Below, in pieces: positions 8,326-16,228 of a stretch of 27,807 nt of DNA. Below the pieces are notes generated by a model, which saw only the letters and a list, made by a program, of their open reading frames with translations, did not search any database and had not been told where the DNA came from. Every line of letters starts with the position of its first letter. Positions within the stretch are counted from its first letter, which is position 1. This DNA is from a virus (taxonomy: Duplodnaviria; Caudoviricetes). The stretch spans positions 1-27,807 of IMG/VR virus record IMGVR_UViG_3300037785_000027, one strand, 5' to 3'. Made by a program: the position numbers and the translations under genes.

Positions 8326-8581
8326 TGCGTTTCAGCGCGTTGAGGTAATCACGACCAGAGACGCGGACCTTGATGAACAGCCGGTTCGTCTCTTCTTTGT
8401 TCGGGTTCGGAACAGTGAGGACGATATCCTTGCCCTTGTTCAGAGCCGCTTGCTGGTTCAGCGGGCGCATACCAGAGTCGAGATAGGCTCGACGGGTGAG
8501 GCGCTTGGTCGCCTGAGATACGTTGCTATGCTTTCCCTGGGAGACGTACGTCTTACCCGAGGACTTCTTACCCTTACCCAT
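8315..8581 (-). CDS. basic hypothetical protein
   Basis: AAGGA RBS; VPNPNKEETNRLFIKV motif; tight packing. Confidence 0.7.
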   Translation of the reverse strand: MGKGKKSSGKTYVSQGKHSNVSQATKRLTRRAYLDSGMRPLNQQAALNKGKDIVLTVPNPNKEETNRLFIKVRVSGRDYLNALKRNGG

Positions 8582-8584
8582 AGT

Positions 8585-8902
8585 TTATCCTTTCAGGTTG
8601 CCATTTTCTATGTCATGAATTACGTCTTTCCGAACTCGCCAGTACACCCAAGACTCCAGGCAGTGGTGCGTCTGAGGCGTTATGGTGAGACCGGATCTAG
8701 TAACTCTCAGTATATACGATAGCAGGTTTCCAGTCAAGAGAAAGATGGCATCGATGACGACCACGCCGTTGGGCTTTCCCTCTCGCTTCCAACCGTAGTT
8801 ACGTGCTGAGAATGTCTGGTTGCTCGGTCCTCCCAAGAGGACGTTTAGAAGAACGGACAGCGAAATCGCTACCCGGGAAATGTACTTAGCTAGCCTTACC
8901 AC
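8585..8902 (-). CDS. small phage protein of the NxLLGGxxxxTxSxR...IDxxF...HC type
   Basis: LNVLLGGPSNQTFSAR, IDAIF and HHCLESW. Probable GTG start at 8902 after GAGG, rather than 9028. Confidence 0.6.
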   Translation of the reverse strand: MVRLAKYISRVAISLSVLLNVLLGGPSNQTFSARNYGWKREGKPNGVVVIDAIFLLTGNLLSYILRVTRSGLTITPQTHHCLESWVYWRVRKDVIHDIENGNLKG

Positions 8903-9071
8903 CTCTACCTCGTATGTCTCTTTTATCCCGCGCGAGCCACGCGCAGGAAGCTCCACAGAAGTATATAGCGGCGTTCTCTGGGTCGTTTGGACCAGCGCCG
9001 AAGTAGTATAGTGGAAAGCCCTTGTCACATACTAACGTGGTGGGCTTTCCACAGTAGTCGCATTTGAACAT
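8886..9071 (-). CDS. small Zn-binding protein (CxxC...FCxxxC, TRASH-like)
   Basis: CDYC and YFCGASC motifs. Confidence 0.55.
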   Translation of the reverse strand: MFKCDYCGKPTTLVCDKGFPLYYFGAGPNDPENAAIYFCGASCAWLARDKRDIRGRGGKAS

Positions 9072-9193
9072 CGATCTCTACTATCTAGGTCGCGCTCCGC
9101 GTCTAAAAAACTCGGAGACGCCTTTTCTCTCATCTGACATGGGCAAAGTGGAGCCCCGTTCTGAGGCCCCACGCAGTTGCAAGTCCAGTTCAT
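9032..9193 (-). CDS. 53-aa Cys-rich peptide (absent from ORF track)
   Basis: MNWTCNCVGPQNGAPLCPCQMREK...; ATGA overlap with the upstream stop; fills an otherwise empty gap. Confidence 0.55.
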   Translation of the reverse strand: MNWTCNCVGPQNGAPLCPCQMREKASPSFLDAERDLDSRDRCSNATTVESPPR

Positions 9194-9618
9194 TGGTGTA
9201 GAGGCAGAGTCGCGAGGATCTGCGCTGCCTTAGTTTCTGCAACTTCTTCGTGCCAGAAGAACCAGCCACAGGTATACGTCGAATGCACGAATCGTTTACC
9301 GTAGTAGTTGATGTCCGGGTACGAGGTGTCTTTCACCATACCAGCACTGTAAAGGGTCAGGTGGTCTGCTCGTGCCGCAGCTACCATTTCTTCGATAGTA
9401 GCAAGAGGTGCTGACAGCACGATAGTAGTGCCAAACCCATGACCCTGTTCGATCCAGTCCTCGAATGCACTTTTCTCGACTGGGGATGCGAATTTTTCTT
9501 TGTGCATCTTGTCCCACATGAAAGCAGCCTGAGCGTGGCTTCCCTGGGCAATTCCCTTTCCAGGGTTCATGTTCGCGAGGTCTTCGCGCATGATGATGTA
9601 GAATCGTGGTTCGGTCAT
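9190..9618 (-). CDS. PTH2-like peptidyl-tRNA hydrolase family protein
   Basis: YIIMREDLANMNPGKGIAQGSHA matches the PTH2 N-terminal motif; also TIVL, MVKD and C-terminal LPL. Confidence 0.75.
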   Translation of the reverse strand: MTEPRFYIIMREDLANMNPGKGIAQGSHAQAAFMWDKMHKEKFASPVEKSAFEDWIEQGHGFGTTIVLSAPLATIEEMVAAARADHLTLYSAGMVKDTSYPDINYYGKRFVHSTYTCGWFFWHEEVAETKAAQILATLPLHQ

Positions 9619-10136
9619 TAGGCCTCCAGGAGTTTCTTCCAGCTTGGGTGTTTGATTTTGCGCTTGTTAGTGTATTCGATCATTCGCAGGATGGTGCGAT
9701 AATCTGGCATACGTGGTTCCGTCAGCGGCTTGATAAGGGTATCGCCCTTCTTCTGGTTGCACGGCACACAGGAAGCCACGATGTTGTCCCAAGACGTCTT
9801 GCCGCCCTTGCTCGAAGGTATGACGTGGTCCAGAGTCAGATCCTCGGGGGCGAAGCCCTTGCCACAGTACTGACAGGTGTAGTGGTCTCGCTGGAAGATA
9901 CCACGACGGGAGAACGCGACTTGACGCGAAGCTTTGTTGACGTAGTGCTTCGTGGCGATGACCGCTGGGACTTTCAGGGCGGTGTGCTGCGAGCGGACTT
10001 CCCAATCGTCATAGTATTCCACCACTTGGACCTTGTCGAGGTAGGAAAGACGAATGGCGTCTTTCCAAGTGATCAGGCTCAGGGGATACATGCTGATTGG
10101 TCGAAAGTCGGCGTTCAGCATCAAACAGTCGGACAT
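9618..10136 (-). CDS. HNH endonuclease
   Basis: LMLNADFRP N-terminus, RDHYTCQYCG, LTLDHVIPSSKGG and WDNIVASCVPCNQKKG. Confidence 0.9.
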   Translation of the reverse strand: MSDCLMLNADFRPISMYPLSLITWKDAIRLSYLDKVQVVEYYDDWEVRSQHTALKVPAVIATKHYVNKASRQVAFSRRGIFQRDHYTCQYCGKGFAPEDLTLDHVIPSSKGGKTSWDNIVASCVPCNQKKGDTLIKPLTEPRMPDYRTILRMIEYTNKRKIKHPSWKKLLEA

Positions 10137-10151
10137 TTTATCTTCTTTCTT

Positions 10152-10436
10152 TTAGCCGACTTGGCTATCGATCACCTCAACCAGCTGGTTAAAGTAGACA
10201 CCGTTAACCGTCTTGTCGGTAACCATTTTGAGTTTGCGAATGCGGAAGAACTCCACGTTGTAGAGGTCGGCTGCCTCGTCGTATTTAATGTACACGTAAC
10301 CCTTCCAGCGAACCATGCCGGAAGTCTTGAACTTGAGGCCGTCGCCCATATCGATGAACTCTTTGGCGCCCCATGCGAAGAAGGAGCGCCAGTCGAGGGC
10401 TTTGATTTGGTCGCGAATCGTGGCTGCTACGGTCAT
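10152..10436 (-). CDS. conserved hypothetical phage protein
   Basis: GAGG RBS, own promoter, ADLYNVEF motif. Confidence 0.7.
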   Translation of the reverse strand: MTVAATIRDQIKALDWRSFFAWGAKEFIDMGDGLKFKTSGMVRWKGYVYIKYDEAADLYNVEFFRIRKLKMVTDKTVNGVYFNQLVEVIDSQVG

Positions 10437-10463
10437 GTGATTACCTCTCTTGATTACAAGATA

Positions 10464-10492
10464 GACTTAGCACATGCCCTAGGACTTGTCAA
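10464..10492 (-). promoter_or_regulatory. early promoter TTGACA-N17-(TGC)TAAGTC
   Basis: Read directly; -35 box within the last codons of cca; TCTTGTAA downstream. Confidence 0.7.
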
Positions 10493-11699
10493 CCACTTTC
10501 TTGACGGCTTCGATGCGGGCTTTCCGCATCGCTTCTCCGATCTGATTTCCGTTCTTCGGAACGCGGGTTTCATCGGGGAAGACGTCCGAGAACTTGACGC
10601 TATCGAAAGCCTTCTTGTAACGCAGCAGGAGGTCCAGATGCGACACATCGGCGTCTTCGTAGCCAAGCCGACCACGTTGATCAGCCCGACCAACCACTAG
10701 CAGAGTCTGGACACCATCTCCAACCGCCTTGAGCATCTTTTCGATGGTCTTGGGGTTCATCTGGTCCAAGCGGTGCATATTCATGTGGTAGCGAGCCGCC
10801 ATCTTCGAGGACGCCTTGATCTTAGCCGGAAGCGCATAGCGCTCTGCTAGGGCATCGATCATCCAAGCACCAGCGACGTCGTGGCCATGATGCGCGGGGT
10901 AGTCAGCCGGGTCGGTCTTGCTCTTCCCGATATCATGGAACAGAGCCGCTACCCGCTCTTCGAGCGTAGCTCCCATCTTCGCGGCTGCGGTCAGGACCAG
11001 CATAGTGTGCTCGAAGGAGTCTCCCTCGGGATGCCAGAAGCGGCATTCCATGGTGTGCTTCAACTTGTAGAGGTCAGGAAAGACCGCTTTCAGAGCATCG
11101 CACTCCAGGAGGGTATCGAAGAACAGACGCGGATTCGGTTCCATGAGCGCCCGAGACATCTCTTTCCAGATACGCTCCCCGTTCAACTCGGACAGCACAC
11201 CTTTCTTAGCCATGCGGTATACCAGCTCATGGGTCTCATCGGCGACTTTCCAGTCTGCCCCGAAGCGAGCCCGAAAGCGAGCCATCCGAAGGACCCGAAC
11301 CGGATCTTCTACGAAAGCTTCGCTGGTGTGACGAAGGATCTTGTTCTCCAGATCGAGGCTTCCACCGAACGGGTCGATGTACTCGCCATTGAGCCGATCA
11401 TATGCGATGGAGTTGATAGTGAGGTCCCGACGCGCCAGGTCGTCTTCGATGGTGACTTCTTTCCCGAACTCAGTTTCAAAGCCGAGATAGCCCTTGCCGG
11501 ACTTGCGCTCGGTGCGAGCCAGAGCATACTCTTCCCGAGTCTTCGGGTGGAGGAACACTGGGAAGTCTGCCCCGACCTGTTCGAAGCCTGCTTCTAGCAT
11601 CTCTTCGGCCGAACCGCCAACTACCACGTAGTCGCGATCTTTGGGTTCTAGACCCATCAGAAGGTCTCGAACGGCGCCACCTACCAAATATGTTCGCAT
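10479..11699 (-). CDS. cca: multifunctional CCA-adding tRNA nucleotidyltransferase with HD phosphohydrolase domain
   Basis: Motifs YLVGGAVRD, DRDYVV, DLARRDLTINS and EDPVRVLR; HD domain HPEGDSFEH...FHDIGK. Confidence 0.95.
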   Translation of the reverse strand: MRTYLVGGAVRDLLMGLEPKDRDYVVVGGSAEEMLEAGFEQVGADFPVFLHPKTREEYALARTERKSGKGYLGFETEFGKEVTIEDDLARRDLTINSIAYDRLNGEYIDPFGGSLDLENKILRHTSEAFVEDPVRVLRMARFRARFGADWKVADETHELVYRMAKKGVLSELNGERIWKEMSRALMEPNPRLFFDTLLECDALKAVFPDLYKLKHTMECRFWHPEGDSFEHTMLVLTAAAKMGATLEERVAALFHDIGKSKTDPADYPAHHGHDVAGAWMIDALAERYALPAKIKASSKMAARYHMNMHRLDQMNPKTIEKMLKAVGDGVQTLLVVGRADQRGRLGYEDADVSHLDLLLRYKKAFDSVKFSDVFPDETRVPKNGNQIGEAMRKARIEAVKKVVDKS

Positions 11700-11720
11700 G
11701 GGAACCTCACTTTCAATCTA

Positions 11721-11749
11721 CACATAGCACGTCTACTTGGACGCGTCAA
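11721..11749 (-). promoter_or_regulatory. early promoter TTGACG-N17-(TGC)TATGTG upstream of cca
   Basis: Read directly; 17-bp spacer; GAGG RBS downstream. Confidence 0.65.
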
Positions 11750-12173
11750 TACTTTTCTCAGCCTCAGCCTTAGCTACACGCTTTCTCAGGTCGCTAGTGC
11801 TGAAACGGTGGTCTCGCTTGTTGAAGTGGAGTTCGATTCCACGTTTCCGACATACGTCTTTGCCGGTAAACTCTTTCTCGCGATACTCTTCCCCGAGAAA
11901 CCGAACGTCGATCTGAAACATCTCTAGGATGTCCAGCACGTCTTCTTCCGTCTGATACGGAACGATCTCGTCCACGAATTTCAGGGCACTGAGTTGCGCA
12001 TAGCGCTCCACGAGAGTCTGGACTGGTCGGTTCTTCTCCCCGGGACGATCTAACGTAGGATCCGTTTGGAGACCGACGATCAGGTAGTCGCAGTTGGCTT
12101 TAGCTTCTCGCAACATAGTAACATGACCCGCGTGAAGCAGGTCAAAGGCGCTGAAGGTTATTCCGACTCTCAT
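11733..12173 (-). CDS. cytidylyltransferase (glycerol-3-phosphate cytidylyltransferase/TagD-like)
   Basis: FDLLHAGH (HxGH), YLIVGLQTDP, FLGEEY and FSTSDLR. Confidence 0.9.
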   Translation of the reverse strand: MRVGITFSAFDLLHAGHVTMLREAKANCDYLIVGLQTDPTLDRPGEKNRPVQTLVERYAQLSALKFVDEIVPYQTEEDVLDILEMFQIDVRFLGEEYREKEFTGKDVCRKRGIELHFNKRDHRFSTSDLRKRVAKAEAEKSIDASK

Positions 12174-12440
12174 TCATCCCACCTGAAAACTTAGAGACGA
12201 CCCATCTTTGAACCAAACCACCGCTTCGTCGAAGTCGAGGTGGTTCAGGTCGTGATCGGCGTCGGACTCGTAAGCCCACTCGCGGCGAAGAGTGTCCACC
12301 ACATCGGCTAGGATAAAACGCCCATCCGAGTAGAAGGTGGTGAATTGGGCGAGTTCTGCGATACTCACCGCGCTCAGGTTGTTGAGCGGCCGAGTGAACT
12401 GGACTTTGAAGTGGTCAGAAATCTTGTAATTACCGTACAT
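12174..12440 (-). CDS. hypothetical protein
   Basis: The ORF-track TTG start at 12494 coincides with a -35 box. The real start is likely the ATG at 12440 after GGAG. Confidence 0.6.
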   Translation of the reverse strand: MYGNYKISDHFKVQFTRPLNNLSAVSIAELAQFTTFYSDGRFILADVVDTLRREWAYESDADHDLNHLDFDEAVVWFKDGSSLSFQVG

Positions 12441-12465
12441 AGCCATCTCCATTGGATTCATGATA

Positions 12466-12494
12466 ACCATAGCATAGTGGTGGATACGTGTCAA
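12466..12494 (-). promoter_or_regulatory. early promoter TTGACA-N17-(TGC)TATGGT
   Basis: Read directly. Confidence 0.75.
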
Positions 12495-12959
12495 CTACTT
12501 TCTACAGGCTGGTATGCCTAAGTCTATCAAGTCCGATCCTCGAACTCTCACCAAACCGACGATGATGTATCGCACGTCTTTTAGGAACCATTCCTTGATT
12601 GGCGACGGATAGTAGTCGGCCATGATGTGAGACCAGTATTCGAAAGACTCTGGAGAAAGACCAACGCCATAGATTTGAGAAGATGGTCCGTGAAATCCAA
12701 AGACGGTGTCTGGAGATATGCAGACAGTGTCCATGCCAAGATACATGGTGCAAGCGGAGTTGCATCGGTCTCCAGTTATCTGGACTAACGTGCCGTCTTG
12801 GTTCAAGCGGTCTATCTGTTCTACCCTCTCCCGTATGCTACCACCGTCGTCGTTCAAGACTACGAGGACCGAAGGGGTCTTAGAAACAGCTACGCCTGCG
12901 GCTAGAAGAATGAAGATTCCTAGCACACAGGCGTATAGAAGGTAGAAAGCGTTTTTCAT
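12495..12959 (-). CDS. signal-anchored ClpP/crotonase-like small protein
   Basis: Hydrophobic N-terminus; DDGGS, GDRCNSACTMYLG and VCISPDTVFGFH motifs, a family I associate with Rhodobacteraceae/Rhizobiales. Confidence 0.65.
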   Translation of the reverse strand: MKNAFYLLYACVLGIFILLAAGVAVSKTPSVLVVLNDDGGSIRERVEQIDRLNQDGTLVQITGDRCNSACTMYLGMDTVCISPDTVFGFHGPSSQIYGVGLSPESFEYWSHIMADYYPSPIKEWFLKDVRYIIVGLVRVRGSDLIDLGIPACRK

Positions 12960-12988
12960 GGGTATCCCGTAGTGATACCCTATTTATC
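12960..12988 (-). promoter_or_regulatory. late promoter GATAAATA directly followed by an RBS-occluding hairpin
   Basis: Minus strand reads GATAAATA-GGGTATC-actacgg-GATACCC-ATG. Confidence 0.65.
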
Positions 12989-13196
12989 AAATCGTGGTGT
13001 TAACACCGTCGCCCCACTCGTTTAGGGTGTCATAGGTGCAGATGAAGTCTCCGATTTCGTTCATTCCAAAATCGCTCAAGAAACGTACGGTGCCTCCACC
13101 CACGTAGTCGCTTTCCTCCTCGGAGATGTAGACTCGAATCGCTTCCTCAACCTCTTCTCGGGTGAGGGTGTACACGACTTTTTTAGACACTTGCAT
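12987..13196 (-). CDS. hypothetical protein
   Basis: AAGGA RBS; tight packing. Confidence 0.6.
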   Translation of the reverse strand: MQVSKKVVYTLTREEVEEAIRVYISEEESDYVGGGTVRFLSDFGMNEIGDFICTYDTLNEWGDGVNTTI

Positions 13197-13207
13197 TTAG
13201 GATCCTT

Positions 13208-13552
13208 TCAGGCTTCTAGACTCTGGCTTTCGACTGGAATCACCCCACGAAGAAGAATCTCCTTCGCCACGTCTTCAATAGGTACGTAAGCCCCAATGTA
13301 GTGCTCGTCTTCTTCCCAGAAGGTAGGTTCGACGTCGCTCAGGTTCATCACTTCGACGTGAGTCCACGGACCGTAGTCGCTGCGAGGGGTGCAGTAGTTG
13401 TATGCTGCGGCTTGAACCGAGAACTTGGATCCATCTAAGCATGTGATGGCTTCGACAGGCGCTTTGAAGCCGCCGCGTTCGATGCTGGCCGATGACAGGT
13501 GTTGTTGGAGAGCCTCAACCGTGCTCTGCACTTGCTGCTGGTCGAACTTCAT
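13208..13552 (-). CDS. conserved hypothetical phage protein
   Basis: ITCLDGSKFSVQA...YCTPR...WTHVEV...YVPIE pattern; ATGA overlap. Confidence 0.7.
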   Translation of the reverse strand: MKFDQQQVQSTVEALQQHLSSASIERGGFKAPVEAITCLDGSKFSVQAAAYNYCTPRSDYGPWTHVEVMNLSDVEPTFWEEDEHYIGAYVPIEDVAKEILLRGVIPVESQSLEA

Positions 13553-13953
13553 GCGAAATCATACTCCTTAAACGTTACGATCTCCATCAGATCCTTGACC
13601 AGCTGGCGACCTTCCTCAGTGAACAGGATATCCCGTTCCCATACCCAGTGCTCCACGCACTGCACATTGTAGAACTCGTCTTCGCTGGTCATCCAACGAA
13701 GAGCGGTAGCGCGGTCGCCAGCACCGAGTTCGATCAGGTTAGCGACCTGCGCTTCGAAGTCCCGAAGCGCGCGGGCTTCGTGCTCTTTCTCGGCTTCGAT
13801 GTTTTCGCTGACGATCTCGACCAGGGTGTCCCAAGTCTTGTGCTTTTCAGCGAGAGACTTGGAGTTCCACTGCTGGAACCACCAAGTGCTGGGACGGCTG
13901 CCGTAGGCATCTTTGTAGAGATCGGAAACGCAGGAGAAGTCAAAGTCGGACAT
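13549..13953 (-). CDS. conserved hypothetical phage protein
   Basis: SDLYKDAYGSRP and GAGDRATALRW motifs; GAGG RBS and own promoter. Confidence 0.7.
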   Translation of the reverse strand: MSDFDFSCVSDLYKDAYGSRPSTWWFQQWNSKSLAEKHKTWDTLVEIVSENIEAEKEHEARALRDFEAQVANLIELGAGDRATALRWMTSEDEFYNVQCVEHWVWERDILFTEEGRQLVKDLMEIVTFKEYDFA

Positions 13954-13978
13954 TGGTCACCTCTTTTCTTACAAGATC

Positions 13979-14007
13979 AACCTACAACATCCGAACAAGA
14001 ATGTCAA
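13979..14007 (-). promoter_or_regulatory. early promoter TTGACA-N17-TAGGTT
   Basis: Read directly; TCTTGTAA downstream. Confidence 0.7.
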
Positions 14008-14014
14008 GCGGTTT

Positions 14015-14242
14015 TCACCACTCCGGCAAGTCTTTTTTCACCTCTTCCGGCGTGTTGTAGTATCGGGCTGCGTTACCAGACACCACCGAGGTTGGCCAAC
14101 CGAAGTCCGGATCGTTCTTGATGCGCTTGAAAGCCGATCGACACTCCTTGCGGGAGAACTCCTGTCGGCTCCAAGCAAGGGGACGCACTAGGCGAGAATC
14201 GCCATAGAGCGCCACCAGTACATGCAAGGCGTCTATCTTCAC
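14015..14242 (-). CDS. hypothetical protein
   Basis: GTGA overlap with the RNA ligase stop. Confidence 0.55.
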   Translation of the reverse strand: MKIDALHVLVALYGDSRLVRPLAWSRQEFSRKECRSAFKRIKNDPDFGWPTSVVSGNAARYYNTPEEVKKDLPEW

Positions 14243-15414
14243 CCGTAGTACTCCACGTCGAGGCCGATCATCTTCTCGGCCGCTTCCCAGTTCACGTTGC
14301 GCGTGGTCTTGGTCTTCAAGAAGGTGGTGACCACATCGAACGCCGTTGCGCCTTCCTTGCTCAGATCGAGGTAGCGGAAGAACATCGGCTTGAGGTTCGG
14401 GTCGACCTTTTCGTTGACGTACTTCGTGGCAATCGACTTGCGATCTTCCCCGTACTCCTCGACTGCCTCACGAACCCAAGTCTCCAGCTTCGCAGAGATG
14501 TCGTATATGGCGTCGTGGAGAAGAGTGGCGTAAGCACGAATGGCTTCCGCGCGCTTCGGCGGGACTTTGGCCAGAGTGTCGTCGAGACCACCGTCGAGGA
14601 CCAGAGCCGCGACGCTACGCGCCACAGAAGTCTCGTCTACCACGCGGTGCAGCTGGACGTACTCGTCGGTCTTGATCTTCACCCGAGTTCCGTTCTCGAA
14701 AGCCACGATGAAGCCTTCGATGTCGCGCATAGCCGAAACGGCGTTGAGGAAGTCTGCGGTCGATTCAACGTTACGCGACTCGACAATCGGCACCGGGGAC
14801 ATCTTTGCAGTTACAGATTCCAGCGGCAGGTATTCGCCAGTGAGGTTAACCCGGATAGCCAGAAGCGTGAACTTGGGAGTGTCTCCGTAGTCGATCACGA
14901 CCCGGTTCGCAGGCGAGCACCATTCGAAGATCGGGGTCAAGCCCATACCGTAGAGCATACGCGCCCAGATATCGAACGGAATCTCATAAGTCTCCTTCAC
15001 CCATTCCAGAGCCGCGTCTGCGATTTCAGTCATGCCCATCTTGGTGCAGAACCGAATTTCTCCTTCGTGCATGATCGGGTGGATCATGGAACCGTCGAGC
15101 TTGTCCAGGATACGGTGCGGCTTGGAGAAGTCGAGGTTCTCCACACGAGTCTCTTCTTTCTCCCCAAGGTTGAAGAACTTGTGGAGCGGGCGACCGATCA
15201 GTTTGCCGTCTTTGTCGAACTTGAGTCCACGACATTCCCGACGGATCTTCCACCCGAGTTCGTCGTCGGCTCCACGCGCGAAGGTCTCTTCAAAGGCAAC
15301 CGTGTAGTCGATCACGGTACCGAAGTCCCGCTCAGCGACGATGAACTCGTTATATCCCTCGATATGAGGAAGGACGTCTTCGATGGTGCGAATGGTCGGA
15401 AATTCGTAGCTCAT
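14239..15414 (-). CDS. rnlA: RNA ligase 1 (T4 RnlA/gp63-like)
   Basis: Motifs ECRGLKF, KFFNLGE, motif I KLDGS, FEWCSPANRVV, EGFIV and KIKTDEY. Confidence 0.9.
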   Translation of the reverse strand: MSYEFPTIRTIEDVLPHIEGYNEFIVAERDFGTVIDYTVAFEETFARGADDELGWKIRRECRGLKFDKDGKLIGRPLHKFFNLGEKEETRVENLDFSKPHRILDKLDGSMIHPIMHEGEIRFCTKMGMTEIADAALEWVKETYEIPFDIWARMLYGMGLTPIFEWCSPANRVVIDYGDTPKFTLLAIRVNLTGEYLPLESVTAKMSPVPIVESRNVESTADFLNAVSAMRDIEGFIVAFENGTRVKIKTDEYVQLHRVVDETSVARSVAALVLDGGLDDTLAKVPPKRAEAIRAYATLLHDAIYDISAKLETWVREAVEEYGEDRKSIATKYVNEKVDPNLKPMFFRYLDLSKEGATAFDVVTTFLKTKTTRNVNWEAAEKMIGLDVEYYG

Positions 15415-15421
15415 TGAGTTC

Positions 15422-15634
15422 TCACTTTACCACTTTGTATTCAAACACGAACCGTTCGTAGTTCATTTCGCGCTGGATGATTCCTCGATCATACAACCAC
15501 TGTAAAGCATGGTGGTCGTAGTCTTTGTTGCCGTCTTGGTCTTTGAAGCTTCCGTCTCCAGAGTTCTGGGTGAAAACTTTCCCGAGCGCGCTTTCGTACG
15601 CTTTACGGATCACCTTGTTGGGAAAGTTTTTCAT
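15422..15634 (-). CDS. hypothetical protein
   Basis: First gene after the promoter at 15661-15689. Confidence 0.6.
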   Translation of the reverse strand: MKNFPNKVIRKAYESALGKVFTQNSGDGSFKDQDGNKDYDHHALQWLYDRGIIQREMNYERFVFEYKVVK

Positions 15635-15660
15635 ATCGTCGTCTCTTTAGCTTCGACTAC

Positions 15661-15689
15661 AGACTAGCACGGAGCAGAGGTCAAGTCAA
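15661..15689 (-). promoter_or_regulatory. early promoter TTGACT-N17-(TGC)TAGTCT
   Basis: Read directly. Confidence 0.7.
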
Positions 15690-15693
15690 GCGG

Positions 15694-15828
15694 TTAATCG
15701 TCCGACATAGTCATAACTTTAGAGAGCGCCTCCAGGAAGAGGAAGGCCATGACTATGATCCAGATCACCACTCCAATCCCTGATAGGAGAAAGGATGCGA
15801 TCATTAAAATTTCGATAGCTCCCATCAT
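15694..15828 (-). CDS. 44-aa membrane peptide (absent from ORF track)
   Basis: MMGAIEILMIASFLLSGIGVVIWIIVMAFLFLEALSKVMTMSDD; GGAG upstream. Confidence 0.55.
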   Translation of the reverse strand: MMGAIEILMIASFLLSGIGVVIWIIVMAFLFLEALSKVMTMSDD

Positions 15829-16020
15829 TCAAGCTCCAGAAACTTCAGGGTCTTCCGACCGCGTATCGAAGTCGATGGTGTTGGAGTATACAAAGGAAAG
15901 TTCGGGCGCGAACGTGAACGCGAACAGCCAGAACAGGATGTTCAGCGGAAGCGAGAACACCGGACCAGCGTTAATCATTGGCCAGAGCGGGGTAGGGTAG
16001 GGGTAGTAAAAGAAGCGCAT
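15829..16020 (-). CDS. 63-aa membrane protein
   Basis: MRFFYYPYPTPLW...LNILFWLFAFTF; GGAGG RBS before the ATG at 16020. Confidence 0.6.
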   Translation of the reverse strand: MRFFYYPYPTPLWPMINAGPVFSLPLNILFWLFAFTFAPELSFVYSNTIDFDTRSEDPEVSGA

Positions 16021-16021
16021 G

Positions 16022-16171
16022 TCAGTTTCCTCCGTGGAAGTCAGCTTCGGCGTTGAGGTGTTCGAGGACTTCGATATCGACGAACTGAATGGTGCCTTGG
16101 AACATAGCAAGGTAGATCAGGTACGTCACAGTGGCGACGAACGCCAGAATGGTCAGTTGGTGTAGGATCAT
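16022..16171 (-). CDS. 49-aa membrane peptide (absent from ORF track)
   Basis: MILHQLTILAFVATVTYLIYLAMFQGTIQFVDIEVLEHLNAEADFHGGN; directly after a promoter. Confidence 0.6.
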   Translation of the reverse strand: MILHQLTILAFVATVTYLIYLAMFQGTIQFVDIEVLEHLNAEADFHGGN

Positions 16172-16199
16172 GGCTCATCTCTCTCTCAGTTACAGATAG

Positions 16200-16228
16200 A
16201 CCATAGCACGACTAGGTTACCCTGTCAA
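16200..16228 (-). promoter_or_regulatory. early promoter TTGACA-N17-(TGC)TATGGT
   Basis: Read directly. Confidence 0.75.

Noticed and set aside
9618-10136. HNH gene as an intron-encoded or mobile homing endonuclease
   Set aside because: Flanking genes are intact and unrelated to each other, and no split gene or intron structure is evident.
9606-10700. 364-aa plus-strand ORF, and similar long antisense ORFs at 10881..11597, 13492..14121 and 14515..15417
   Set aside because: They shadow well-supported minus-strand genes and show no recognisable motifs. They are expected from codon bias that leaves few stops on the opposite strand.
12441-12494. N-terminal extension of ORF 12174..12494, and similar over-long starts at 4178, 9028, 16110, 18954, 20510, 21057, 21806, 21901, 22811 and 24124
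   Set aside because: The extensions overlap promoters or other genes, and downstream starts have a better RBS or stop-start coupling.
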